DNA from: a virus
DNA: 64,000 bases
IMG/VR virus record: IMGVR_UViG_3300020129_000672
Span: 1-64,000 of that record
Reading direction: 5' to 3' (one strand)
The stretch's first letter is position 1, and each line of letters starts with the position of its first letter. Shown in pieces: positions 28,869-38,018 of the stretch. The notes under the pieces are model-generated. The model was not told the DNA's origin. It was given only the letters and a program-made list of their open reading frames with translations, and did not search any database. A program made the translations under genes and the position numbers.

Positions 28869-29579
28869 ATGTTTAACACCCGTATTAGCCCGCCACGTGA
28901 ACACGTTCCTCCGGGACTTCAAGTTGGCCGCTTCACCGCCCTGATCGACTGTGGAACTCAACAGGAATCGATTAAGGGGAAAACCAAGGAACTACCGATC
29001 CTTAAAATCTCCGCCGAGTTTCCGGCGCACGTTTACAAAACAGGCGAACTCAAAGGTCGGCCGTTGGTCATAACCCGCAAGTTTACCAACTCGATGAGCG
29101 AGAAGGCTAACCTCTATCACTTTATCGCCGGTTACCGCGGTAAGGACTTCAACACCGAAGAGGAGATCAAAGCGTGGTTGCAGGACACGTTTCATACGTT
29201 GGTTGGGCGGGTGGCGAAATTCACCGTCGTCCACAAGACGCTGGCAAAGGGAGACATTTTTTCGACCTTTGACTCCGCCGCTCAGGAGGCTGGTATGGTT
29301 TGCCCTCCGGCGATCAACAAGCCGGTGCTATTCAGCATGTCGGACATTCGGATTTGGAATCCGTCAACGGCCGAGCGGTCGATCCTGCCCGAGCCTTACA
29401 AATCGATCGTCGCCAAATACGGTACGATGCTTGAAGTTTTCAAGGGCCTGCACGAAAAAGCTCAGGAGTACATCAGCCAAAGCCCGGAGTTCAAAGCCAT
29501 CAACGCCGGTCGTTCGATCGACCGTTCGGCCGTTCAGGCTGATGCGCCATTATCAGGCGACGACGACGTTCCGTTCTGA
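28869..29579 (+). CDS. putative ssDNA-binding/replication protein
   Basis: IDCGTQ, SMSEKANL; acidic SSB-type tail DDDVPF; first gene of the replication module. Confidence 0.7.
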   Translation: MFNTRISPPREHVPPGLQVGRFTALIDCGTQQESIKGKTKELPILKISAEFPAHVYKTGELKGRPLVITRKFTNSMSEKANLYHFIAGYRGKDFNTEEEIKAWLQDTFHTLVGRVAKFTVVHKTLAKGDIFSTFDSAAQEAGMVCPPAINKPVLFSMSDIRIWNPSTAERSILPEPYKSIVAKYGTMLEVFKGLHEKAQEYISQSPEFKAINAGRSIDRSAVQADAPLSGDDDVPF

Positions 29580-29613
29580 ACCACCCAGACCTCAACTCAA
29601 ACTTCTTCCTAAG

Positions 29614-31179
29614 ATGCTTAAATCTCTTGGCGTACGAAACCTCAAAGGACTGTCCGGAGACTACACCTTTACCGCCCGCGTGGTGATCACCGGCGAGGAC
29701 AACGGGGTGGGCAAGACCGCCCTCTTGCAGGCGGTGGTGCTCGACATGTTCGGCCACCTGCCGGAGCTGGGTATGCGTCCGATCGACACCCGGGAACTCT
29801 CGTCCGGCGAGGTGATGGTCGTCATGAGCCAGCACACGGACTGGACGGCCACTCAGAAGTGGGGGAAGAAGTATGAGTCGACGTTCGTTCCTGAGAGTCA
29901 CCTGCATCTGCCGGTTGAGATGGTGAGTCTCGGGAACTTTTTCAAACTCTCACAGCTCGACCAGGCACGGGCGCTCCTCCGGTGCTCGACTGATCGACCC
30001 CAACCAGCCGATGTGTTCTTCAACATTAAGACCGAGCTGATGAGCCACGGCTTGGGCAAGGACGAGCTGAAGCTGGCTGAGCAGTTCAATCCCGCGGCCT
30101 TCCTTGATAACGAGGGCGACTGGCTGTCGGACGTCGTCGACCTGGCGAAGGCTCGGGCGGCCAACCTGAAGCAGCAGATCAAGGGGGCTAAAGCCGCCAC
30201 CAGCGAGTTGGTGACCCAAACAACCTCTCAGACGGCTGATCAGGCGCCGACCGATCTCCAGCCGCAGATCGATGAAAAAGATCGCCTCCTGTCAGATATA
30301 CGCAAAAGTGTGACAGAGCTGACGGCACTCAAGCAGACGGCAACCACCAGCCGTCAGCAGATCATCAAATCGGGGACCGAGCTGTCGGCCGAGATCGAAC
30401 AGCTGAAGCGGCAGCCCCAGCAACCGGCCTGCCGGGTCTGTGGCGGGCCGATCGACTGCCCGACCTGCCGGAAGGCCAGTCTGGACCTTCCGGTCGTTCC
30501 TGAGGCAAAATTGAAGCAATTGGAGCAGTTACGGCTGGACGCCCGGGCGCAGAAGGCGCTGATCGATGAGCGGACGAAGGATATCGAGGCGATCGCCGCC
30601 TCTGAGCAGCAGGTGTTGGCCGAACTGGCGGACCTCCGTCAACGCCAAGCCCTATGGCATCAGGCGCAGGGCAAGCGGGTGGCGGCCGAGCAAGCTCAAT
30701 CAACGACCGGTACCCAAGAGCTCGAGCTGAAGGTCGTTCAGTTGTTCGTCGACCAAGCGGCGGCTAAGATCGGCCAGATCCTCAACCAGTCGCTGACCGC
30801 CAGCCTGGCGGTCGCTAATCAGTTGGTGAATCCCGTGCTGGGGTTTGACCTGCAGTATCAGGATGGCCGATTCGGCTATCTTCGCCGAGGCCGATTTGTC
30901 GGCTACGCCACTCTTAGCGGATCAGAGCGGGCGGTCATGACGGCCGGGATCGGCATGGCCCTCACATCCGACTCGCCAGAGCGGATCCTCCTGCTGGACG
31001 AGCTGGGGACAATGCGGGTCGGGACGAAGAAGAAGTTTATCGACACTGTCGGCCGGCTGATCAAAGACGGGGTGATCCACCAAATGATCGCCACCACGCC
31101 ACAGGTCTCGAAGCAGGAGCTCGATTACTACGCCGCTCAGGGCGTTCAGGTGATCGATCTGAAGGGACGACAGCCCTAA
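29614..31179 (+). CDS. SbcC/Rad50-like ABC ATPase (start revised to MLKSL)
   Basis: Walker A GEDNGVGKT, coiled coil with CRVC..CPTC, signature LSGSE, Walker B LLLDE. Confidence 0.85.
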   Translation: MLKSLGVRNLKGLSGDYTFTARVVITGEDNGVGKTALLQAVVLDMFGHLPELGMRPIDTRELSSGEVMVVMSQHTDWTATQKWGKKYESTFVPESHLHLPVEMVSLGNFFKLSQLDQARALLRCSTDRPQPADVFFNIKTELMSHGLGKDELKLAEQFNPAAFLDNEGDWLSDVVDLAKARAANLKQQIKGAKAATSELVTQTTSQTADQAPTDLQPQIDEKDRLLSDIRKSVTELTALKQTATTSRQQIIKSGTELSAEIEQLKRQPQQPACRVCGGPIDCPTCRKASLDLPVVPEAKLKQLEQLRLDARAQKALIDERTKDIEAIAASEQQVLAELADLRQRQALWHQAQGKRVAAEQAQSTTGTQELELKVVQLFVDQAAAKIGQILNQSLTASLAVANQLVNPVLGFDLQYQDGRFGYLRRGRFVGYATLSGSERAVMTAGIGMALTSDSPERILLLDELGTMRVGTKKKFIDTVGRLIKDGVIHQMIATTPQVSKQELDYYAAQGVQVIDLKGRQP

Positions 31180-31224
31180 ATTATGAGACGATCCGGCTGT
31201 CTTATGACACGAACAGCCTGATCC

Positions 31225-33027
31225 ATGCAACAAACGATCCGAATTATGCAAACCTCAAGAACTCTCACGGCCGAGCAGGAGCGGATGATCTCCTGCACTA
31301 AGCTCAGTCGAGTCGCCCTGGCCGGGCCCGGCAGCGGTAAGACCACAACGATTGTCGAACTCGTCAGCCGTCTATCGCCGGACGAGGCGAAGAAAACAGC
31401 CCTCTTGACGTTCACCCGGGCCGGCGCGGGCGAGATCAAGCGCCGCCTCCCGCCCGGCACACAGCTGATGTTTAGCGGCACAACCCACGCCTATGGTCTG
31501 TGCCTGCTCAACCGAGAGGGTACGCGGATCGGTCTTCGGCAAAAACTTCAGGTGATTGATGAAGACAGCGAGGCCGACACGCTGAATGACGCGATTCACG
31601 AGCTGTCGTACAAGGGTGAGCTCGATCTGGTGAAGAAGGAGATCGAGCGCAATCCCAAGGCCTTCAAGTTTGACCGACCGCTGGCGCGTGAAGACGCCTA
31701 CCGGGTGGCCTTGCTCTACCATCAGAAGCTGTTTGAAGGCGGTCAGCTCGATTTTGACTCGATCCTGACCTACACGGTGGCGCTCCTTCGGTCTGGAAAA
31801 GCTAGCTGGCGGCCAGAGCTTTTGATAGTTGATGAAGCACAGGACTCGGCCGAGATAGAGTGGGATATCTACCGGCTGATAAAGGCGCCGAGAATTGTTT
31901 TTTGCGGAGACGTTGACCAGTCGATTTATGAATGGAGGGGCGCATCTCCGGCCGATCTCTTGGACCTAACAAAGCATCCGGAAACCGGGTTGCATTTGTT
32001 GACGCTCAACCACCGATCGGGTCCTGAATTGTGCAAGGCAGCGACCTCCTTGATCAGCAACAATCGCGATCGGCACAACAAGCCGGTCGTGTCTGTTCGG
32101 CAACCGGAAGGTCGGGAGATTCACGAGGTGGCGCTCGATGACCGAACGAAGGAGATGCAGTACGTTCTTCAGTGGGTGCGCGAACGGTCGGACAAGGATG
32201 TGGCGGTTCTCTGCCGGTGGAACGATGGGCGGAAGGAGATCAAGGACATGTTGGAAAAGGCGGGCTTGAAGGTCCAAGGAACGGCCGAACGTCCTAAACG
32301 ATTGTCGGAGGCCATCGCCTACGCGTCAGCCTGCGGTGACCCGGCGAATGATCAGCTGGTGTTTCACGCCATCCGGACCAAACGAGGGAAGAAGACCGCG
32401 ACGTTGATCAAGCAGCAGGCACGGGCGCAGGCCCGACCGATTGCTGGTCTGCTGCAGGACGAACCAATCCCGTTCTTTCCCCGTGGGTGGTGCAAGGTCC
32501 AAGGATTGTCTGTTAACGTCACCACGACCGGCCCAGCTGCCTTGGCGGCCTTCCTGATCGCAACCCATCATCTGTCGGACTTCGGCCAGGACGTGGCGGA
32601 CCTCGCGCGGAAGGTCCTGCAGCTGGCGACCGATACGACGGATCTCGCGGAATTCGCAATGATGTTGCGGGAGGAGATCGACGCTCAGAAGGAACAGGGA
32701 ATTTGGGTTTCGACCGTCCATCGCGCTAAAGGACTTGAGTGGGATTACGTGCTCCTCCCGTTCTGGACCCAAGGACTGTTCCCGCGGAAGAACCCAACCG
32801 AGGAAGATCGACGGACGGCCTTCGTCGCCCTTACACGGGCCAAACTGGAGGCGTACATTACGTGGACGCGGTCAACTCCCATGTGGGGCGACGTGCGGGC
32901 AACCACCCGTAGCCAGTTCATTCGCGAGATGAACGTGCCGGTCAATCCGACGGGCGAGAAGCCTACTCCAGTGACTGCCAGCCCCGTCCCAACCGTCGTG
33001 GAGAAAGGACCGGACGATGAATTCTAA
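31225..33027 (+). CDS. UvrD/Rep superfamily-1 helicase
   Basis: AGPGSGKT, LTFTR, VDEAQD, GDVDQSIYEWRGA, STVHRAKGLEW, FVALTRAK. Confidence 0.95.
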   Translation: MQQTIRIMQTSRTLTAEQERMISCTKLSRVALAGPGSGKTTTIVELVSRLSPDEAKKTALLTFTRAGAGEIKRRLPPGTQLMFSGTTHAYGLCLLNREGTRIGLRQKLQVIDEDSEADTLNDAIHELSYKGELDLVKKEIERNPKAFKFDRPLAREDAYRVALLYHQKLFEGGQLDFDSILTYTVALLRSGKASWRPELLIVDEAQDSAEIEWDIYRLIKAPRIVFCGDVDQSIYEWRGASPADLLDLTKHPETGLHLLTLNHRSGPELCKAATSLISNNRDRHNKPVVSVRQPEGREIHEVALDDRTKEMQYVLQWVRERSDKDVAVLCRWNDGRKEIKDMLEKAGLKVQGTAERPKRLSEAIAYASACGDPANDQLVFHAIRTKRGKKTATLIKQQARAQARPIAGLLQDEPIPFFPRGWCKVQGLSVNVTTTGPAALAAFLIATHHLSDFGQDVADLARKVLQLATDTTDLAEFAMMLREEIDAQKEQGIWVSTVHRAKGLEWDYVLLPFWTQGLFPRKNPTEEDRRTAFVALTRAKLEAYITWTRSTPMWGDVRATTRSQFIREMNVPVNPTGEKPTPVTASPVPTVVEKGPDDEF

Positions 33028-33358
33028 AAAACCTCCAGTCAGCCCAGAAGAGCAGGAGCGTAAGGACAAGCACGTTCAATTCACCAAGGCCTTTGTTGAG
33101 GCCTTTCAAGAGCAGTTCAGCCAGCCGTATGTCCATCAGGGAGCAAAAGACGGCAGCCCGCTCAAGGCATTCATCCTGGCCGCCCCGGCCGTTACGGTCG
33201 ACCGTTGGACACAGGTGGCGCGCGCGACGTGGAACAGTCCAAACCGTTGGCAGCGGGAGAACGTGGTGACGATCGCCATGCTGTGCAGCCAGTGGAATCA
33301 GGTGGCGTCAAAGGTTCAACCGGCAGGCCAAACCCCAACCGACGACCGATGGATCTAA
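33017..33358 (+). CDS. hypothetical replication-module protein
   Basis: Lies between the helicase and the loader. Confidence 0.65.
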   Translation: MNSKKPPVSPEEQERKDKHVQFTKAFVEAFQEQFSQPYVHQGAKDGSPLKAFILAAPAVTVDRWTQVARATWNSPNRWQRENVVTIAMLCSQWNQVASKVQPAGQTPTDDRWI

Positions 33359-33362
33359 TCCA

Positions 33363-33989
33363 ATGCTATGTCGCTATTGTCGGACGGCCGTCGGTGGCGG
33401 TCAACCGTGCTGCCGGCGGTGTGTCGCCCTCCACGAGGCTGCCTGGGAGACCATTCTGGACAGGCGCTCGATCTACCGCGAGACCGATCTGAAGGTTCTT
33501 CAGATCAAACACCCACACCTTATGACGCGCTACAGCGATGTCTTGGCCTACAACCATCACTCGGATAAAGGACTGGTTCTGCACGGTGATTCCGGGACGG
33601 GCAAGACCCGCATCACCTGGCTTTTGATGCGGCGCCTTCATGATGACGGAGTGCCGGTCGGTGCAATTTCTGCACCAGCCCTTGGCGAGGGCCTTTCTAA
33701 CTCAGCGTTTGACGGCGAGATGACGGACTGGATCGTTCAGCTCTCCAACTGTGAGGTGCTGTTTATTGATGATCTGGATAAGCTGGTGGCTACCCCACGG
33801 GTTCAGCAGGGGCTTTACACAGCGATTGAGCACATGACGTCGACCGGTCGGAAGTTGGTGATTACAACCAACCTGACGGGCCCGGCCTTCCGTCAGCGGT
33901 TTGATCCAGCGATCGGTCCGGCGATCGGGCGGCGGATCGGCCAGTTCTGCCGGCAGATCAAATTCTGGAACGTGGAGGAGGCCCAATGA
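33363..33989 (+). CDS. DnaC/IstB-like helicase-loader ATPase
   Basis: GDSGTGKT, LFIDDL, VITTN; N-terminal Cys cluster. Confidence 0.9.
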   Translation: MLCRYCRTAVGGGQPCCRRCVALHEAAWETILDRRSIYRETDLKVLQIKHPHLMTRYSDVLAYNHHSDKGLVLHGDSGTGKTRITWLLMRRLHDDGVPVGAISAPALGEGLSNSAFDGEMTDWIVQLSNCEVLFIDDLDKLVATPRVQQGLYTAIEHMTSTGRKLVITTNLTGPAFRQRFDPAIGPAIGRRIGQFCRQIKFWNVEEAQ

Positions 33990-35302
33990 TTGTCCTTCCC
34001 CCGACCGCCCCAGACGCCGAGGCCGGTGCTCTTGGCTGCATCCTGCTCGATCCTGATCAGGTGATCCCAAAAGCTCGACAGGTGTTGACCACCCATCAGA
34101 TGTTCCACGACGAGCGTAATCAACAGATCTTTCGAACTGCCTTGGCAATGAACAGCGCCGGTCAGTCGATTGATCTCATTACGTTCAGTCAACGTCTGCA
34201 GGACGAGAAGAAGCTGGATGATATCGGTGGTCGCGGGTATCTGGCGGCCTTGCAGGACACAACGCCGTCGCCTGCCAATTTTTCCTACTACGCTGATATT
34301 TTGATCGAGAAATATCGTCTGCGCGAACTACTCGAACGGGCGAATGAGATTACAGAGATGGTTGCTCGTAGCCAGTCGGCGGCCGAAATTTTTGCCCGGT
34401 GGTCGGACGTAGCGGTCGAGCTGTCGGGCGCCGCCCCTTCGAAGTCGATAAAGGAGTTGGCAACCGAGGCATATGACGATCTCATGGCGTCGGCCGAGCG
34501 GGTTCAAAAAGGTGGAGCGATTGGGCTTAACATCGGGATCCGGTCGGTCGACCAAAAGACCCGGGGCCTGATGTCGAAGGAACTGGTGATTCTGGCCGCT
34601 CGGCCCGGTCTTGGAAAGACCAGTGCTCTGTTGAGTGTCGCGCGCAACATCGCGCTGGCCGGTGGGCCGGTTGCCTATCTGTCGTTTGAGTCCGACACGG
34701 ACGAGCTGACCAAGCGGCTGATCGGTATCGAGTCGATGATCGACCAGCAGCGGCCAGAGCTGTGGGATGAGGCGGATCACCTGCTGCTCAACCAGTCATC
34801 GACCAGGATTGGAAAACTGCAGATCCATATGCGGTTCCTGCCGGACGCTCGGATCGACCAAGTGTGCGCCCTGGCGATCGCCCTTAATAATCAGCACGGC
34901 CTCAAGGCCCTCCTCCTTGACTCGCTGGGAATGATTCCCGGTACGCGCGACCACTACCAAGACAAAGATCGGGTGAATGAGGTGGTGGCCTATCTTCACC
35001 GGTTAAAGAGCAAGCTCAATATCCCGATCATCGCCGCCCATCATCTCAATCGTGAGGCCGAGACGGAGAAGCGGCCGAAGCTGCGGCACCTGGGCCAGAC
35101 GGGTGATGTCGAGAAGTACGCGAATGTCGTGGTCTTCCTCCATCAACCGGGGGCCGATCAGAACAAGCTTCATCTCCCGACCGTCAGCGCCAGTTGGATT
35201 GTGGAGAAACGGCGGGGGGGTGAGACCGGAGACTGCGATGCACAATTTCGGCGTTATTGTGGGCGATGGGAGGACCTTCCGCTCGATCACGCCAATAGTT
35301 AA
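33986..35302 (+). CDS. dnaB: replicative DNA helicase DnaB-like
   Basis: PP...AEAGALGCILLD N-domain, AARPGLGKT, HHLNREAE, VEKRRGGETG. Confidence 0.93.
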   Translation: MIVLPPTAPDAEAGALGCILLDPDQVIPKARQVLTTHQMFHDERNQQIFRTALAMNSAGQSIDLITFSQRLQDEKKLDDIGGRGYLAALQDTTPSPANFSYYADILIEKYRLRELLERANEITEMVARSQSAAEIFARWSDVAVELSGAAPSKSIKELATEAYDDLMASAERVQKGGAIGLNIGIRSVDQKTRGLMSKELVILAARPGLGKTSALLSVARNIALAGGPVAYLSFESDTDELTKRLIGIESMIDQQRPELWDEADHLLLNQSSTRIGKLQIHMRFLPDARIDQVCALAIALNNQHGLKALLLDSLGMIPGTRDHYQDKDRVNEVVAYLHRLKSKLNIPIIAAHHLNREAETEKRPKLRHLGQTGDVEKYANVVVFLHQPGADQNKLHLPTVSASWIVEKRRGGETGDCDAQFRRYCGRWEDLPLDHANS

Positions 35303-35321
35303 TAGATAACACAAAATTAAA

Positions 35322-35582
35322 ATGACAGTTGATCAGGAAATTATCGCGGATAAAGAACTTCGCCGTGATACCGACGCAATCATTCAGCGAGTTAAGGCGC
35401 TTCCGTCAACCCGGGAGCGTTCGCTGACTATCACCAAGCTCCAAGAGGGCGTGATGTGGCTCGGTATGGACTTGAAGCGTATTAATGATGCGGCACCCGG
35501 GGCGGTAGCAAACCCATACCCGAACAGTAAAGATCCATCGAACACGAAGATTGAACCAACGGCGGATAATCTAAAGCTGTAA
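35322..35582 (+). CDS. Acb2/Tad1-like small helical protein (putative signalling-nucleotide sponge)
   Basis: RERSLTITKLQEGVMWL. Confidence 0.65.
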   Translation: MTVDQEIIADKELRRDTDAIIQRVKALPSTRERSLTITKLQEGVMWLGMDLKRINDAAPGAVANPYPNSKDPSNTKIEPTADNLKL

Positions 35583-35623
35583 ATCCATCCAGTGGGATCA
35601 AACCACTTAACCAGAATCAAACA

Positions 35624-36118
35624 ATGAGCAGCAAAATACAGCCCGCCAGTTGGGCGGCCGCATACGAAGCGTGCTTGGCGCAGATCCAGGCACTCTTGGA
35701 GGAACACAGCAAGGCGATGGCTAAAGACTGCGACAACAGTCCGGTCAATCGATTGAAGTTCACGGTCAAGGGTGAGCTCGATCTGAGCGCCAAGGCCCAT
35801 CACATCGAGCTTGATCTGAGTTACGAGCCGGTGGTGGTGAAGCAGAAGGACACGCGGTCGATCCAAGGAGAGGATCCGGACCAGCTTCGGCTGTCGTTGT
35901 CTGGCGCGCCCGGCATGCCGCTCGAACCTGAGACAAAGAAGCCGAAGGCTGAGCCGGCTAAAGTGCCGCCCGTTCCGCCTCCGCCTGTCACCCCGCCTCC
36001 GCCACCGGCAGCGGTGGATGACGATGAGGATGCTTGGGGATCACCGCCGAAGGTTACTCAACCAACAGCGGTGTCCGAGCCCGAGGCGCCAAAGGGAAAG
36101 AAAAAGAAGGCCAAGTGA
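35624..36118 (+). CDS. hypothetical protein with a Pro-rich tail
   Basis: 164-aa ORF. Confidence 0.65.
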   Translation: MSSKIQPASWAAAYEACLAQIQALLEEHSKAMAKDCDNSPVNRLKFTVKGELDLSAKAHHIELDLSYEPVVVKQKDTRSIQGEDPDQLRLSLSGAPGMPLEPETKKPKAEPAKVPPVPPPPVTPPPPPAAVDDDEDAWGSPPKVTQPTAVSEPEAPKGKKKKAK

Positions 36119-36516
36119 CGGTCTGGCCGGTCGCGCACGAGCCCCTGCGGTTCGAGGTCGGCAGCCGGAGTCGACCAGACTTGAAACATCTGGTCGACCT
36201 TGGGGCCGGTCGGGGCTGGTGTGGGTGTGAGGATTTCTCGATCAACATCATGCGGGAGATCCAGCAGGGGGCATCCCACCGGCCGTGCCGGCATATTGAG
36301 GCGGCTACCAGGTGGCACCGCCAGCTGCTCCTCATGTGGTTTACATCGGTGTTGAATATTAAACTCAATGAAAAAGAAGGCTCATACGTCGGTCGGCGGC
36401 TCCAGCAAATCGCGTTCGCCCAGGCGCGCGTTGTGGGTCAGCGCCTTCCCAAACCAACGACCGACGTCGATCAAGGGCGGCTGCCAGTCAGGCAAGCGCG
36501 CAAATACCATCTCTGA
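36115..36516 (+). CDS. SWIM-type zinc-finger protein
   Basis: WCGCEDF...PCRHI; GTGA overlap with the previous stop. Confidence 0.55.
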   Translation: MTVWPVAHEPLRFEVGSRSRPDLKHLVDLGAGRGWCGCEDFSINIMREIQQGASHRPCRHIEAATRWHRQLLLMWFTSVLNIKLNEKEGSYVGRRLQQIAFAQARVVGQRLPKPTTDVDQGRLPVRQARKYHL

Positions 36517-36793
36517 GATGAAGCGCCACTACTTGGTGGCGCGAAAGCAGTTTCTGAAGGATAATCCATATTGTTGGTGTACAGCTCAGCTTTATTTATT
36601 AGGGCAGGAATGTCACAAGGTTAGCCGAGACGTTCATCATATACGTGGACGACTTGGTCCATTATTGATCGATCAAAGGTTCTGGATGCCAGTTTGTAGA
36701 GAGGCTCATGACTGGATTGATCGGAACCGTAATAAAGCCCGTCAATTCGGATGGCTAGCGCCAGTGGGAGAATACAACACTTTACCACGATGA
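36368..36793 (+). CDS. HNH/NinG-like nuclease-fold protein
   Basis: FLKDNPYC...C...DVHHIRGR...VCREAHDWI. Confidence 0.7.
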   Translation: MKKKAHTSVGGSSKSRSPRRALWVSAFPNQRPTSIKGGCQSGKRANTISEMKRHYLVARKQFLKDNPYCWCTAQLYLLGQECHKVSRDVHHIRGRLGPLLIDQRFWMPVCREAHDWIDRNRNKARQFGWLAPVGEYNTLPR

Positions 36794-37383
36794 ATGTCGT
36801 GGCATGGGACCCAGGGGCGTCTGGTTCATTTGCATGGGAATCGGGCGGCAAATTGTTTACTCGAAAGTTTCCGGATGATCTGGAAAACTTGTCCAAGCTA
36901 TTATATTCCATATTGAGTAACCCATTGTCGGTATTGGTATATGAATCTCAAACTGGCTTCGCCGGCACGCGCAACAGCGCGCCCGCCATGTTCTCTTTCG
37001 GCTGTTCCTACCAATCTCCGCTGAGTGCCATCGCGATGCTTAACGTCATCCGGGCTCATAATCGGATTCCAGATATAGATTTTATGGCGTTCACTCCCGT
37101 CGAGTGGCAATCGATGTTAGGGATCGACGATCGAAAGCAGAAGAAGGAGCAGAAGATTTCTAAAAAGAAGTGGGATGGTCCGATCGATGACTACGATTCA
37201 TATTGCCGAGCAGTGGATGCTCGGAACCAGCCACTCAAACGAGCGTGGAAGACTGCGCTGTATGATCGGGCGGTTGAGATCTATCGAGGTCGCAATCTCG
37301 CTCAGCCGATCACGATGTCGAACTGCGATGCTCTATTGTTGCTGGAATGCGGTCAGTTGGCCATTCGCCTAAGACTATTTTGA
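36790..37383 (+). CDS. RuvC-like Holliday junction resolvase
   Basis: MNVVAWDPGASG, VLVYE, AMFSFG, TPVEWQ, CDALLL. Confidence 0.8.
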   Translation: MNVVAWDPGASGSFAWESGGKLFTRKFPDDLENLSKLLYSILSNPLSVLVYESQTGFAGTRNSAPAMFSFGCSYQSPLSAIAMLNVIRAHNRIPDIDFMAFTPVEWQSMLGIDDRKQKKEQKISKKKWDGPIDDYDSYCRAVDARNQPLKRAWKTALYDRAVEIYRGRNLAQPITMSNCDALLLLECGQLAIRLRLF

Positions 37384-37647
37384 ATGAACTTACCACAGGT
37401 CGGCAATTTGGCGGTCAGGTCCTACCCAAATTCCACTAAACGCTGGATGATCGTGATCATCACCGGTGCGGGCGAGAACGTCCTGACCTCCCGTGATTAC
37501 CAATTGCATCAGTCGAACAACCCCGGGCAGTATCCGGCCATCAAGTCGGTCGAGCGGGCGACCGAGCTGATGAACGACTGGCATCGGGCGCTCCAAGCTC
37601 AACCAAAGACGAAGTCCAAAGGTCAGCGTCACCAGCCCTCGTCCTGA
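37384..37647 (+). CDS. hypothetical protein
   Basis: Abuts the previous gene. Confidence 0.55.
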   Translation: MNLPQVGNLAVRSYPNSTKRWMIVIITGAGENVLTSRDYQLHQSNNPGQYPAIKSVERATELMNDWHRALQAQPKTKSKGQRHQPSS

Positions 37648-38018
37648 TCTGGAAGGTTCTCCCGCAGCCAGCACTTCTTCTTCGGCAACCGGGCGGCCAG
37701 GCGGAGGTTGCACCAGCAGCCTAACTGTTGATCGCTCTGATCATCCACGAACTGCCCGGGCGTGCCGCAGAAGCCCCGATCGTTCATCCAGCAGTCGTCA
37801 CAGACGGCCAACCGTCGGACGGTCTCCGGTGTGTCACGCGTTAGGAACGCCCGTACGGCCATCAGGGAGGCCCTTAGGAGGCTCGTACAGGCGTCTTTCA
37901 CCCCCCACCGCGACTTCCATGCCCTCCACACTGTCGGCGTGCTGGCGGCCGCCCTAAGCAATTCTAGTGATGGTTGTCGCCTGAGGAGTGAGTGGGATGC
38001 TAAAAATTCCGATTTCAT
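37629..38018 (-). CDS. Cys-rich hypothetical protein
   Basis: RRLAVCDDC...CG...GCWC...KC..W, downstream of terL. Confidence 0.6.
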   Translation of the reverse strand: MKSEFLASHSLLRRQPSLELLRAAASTPTVWRAWKSRWGVKDACTSLLRASLMAVRAFLTRDTPETVRRLAVCDDCWMNDRGFCGTPGQFVDDQSDQQLGCWCNLRLAARLPKKKCWLRENLPDQDEGW

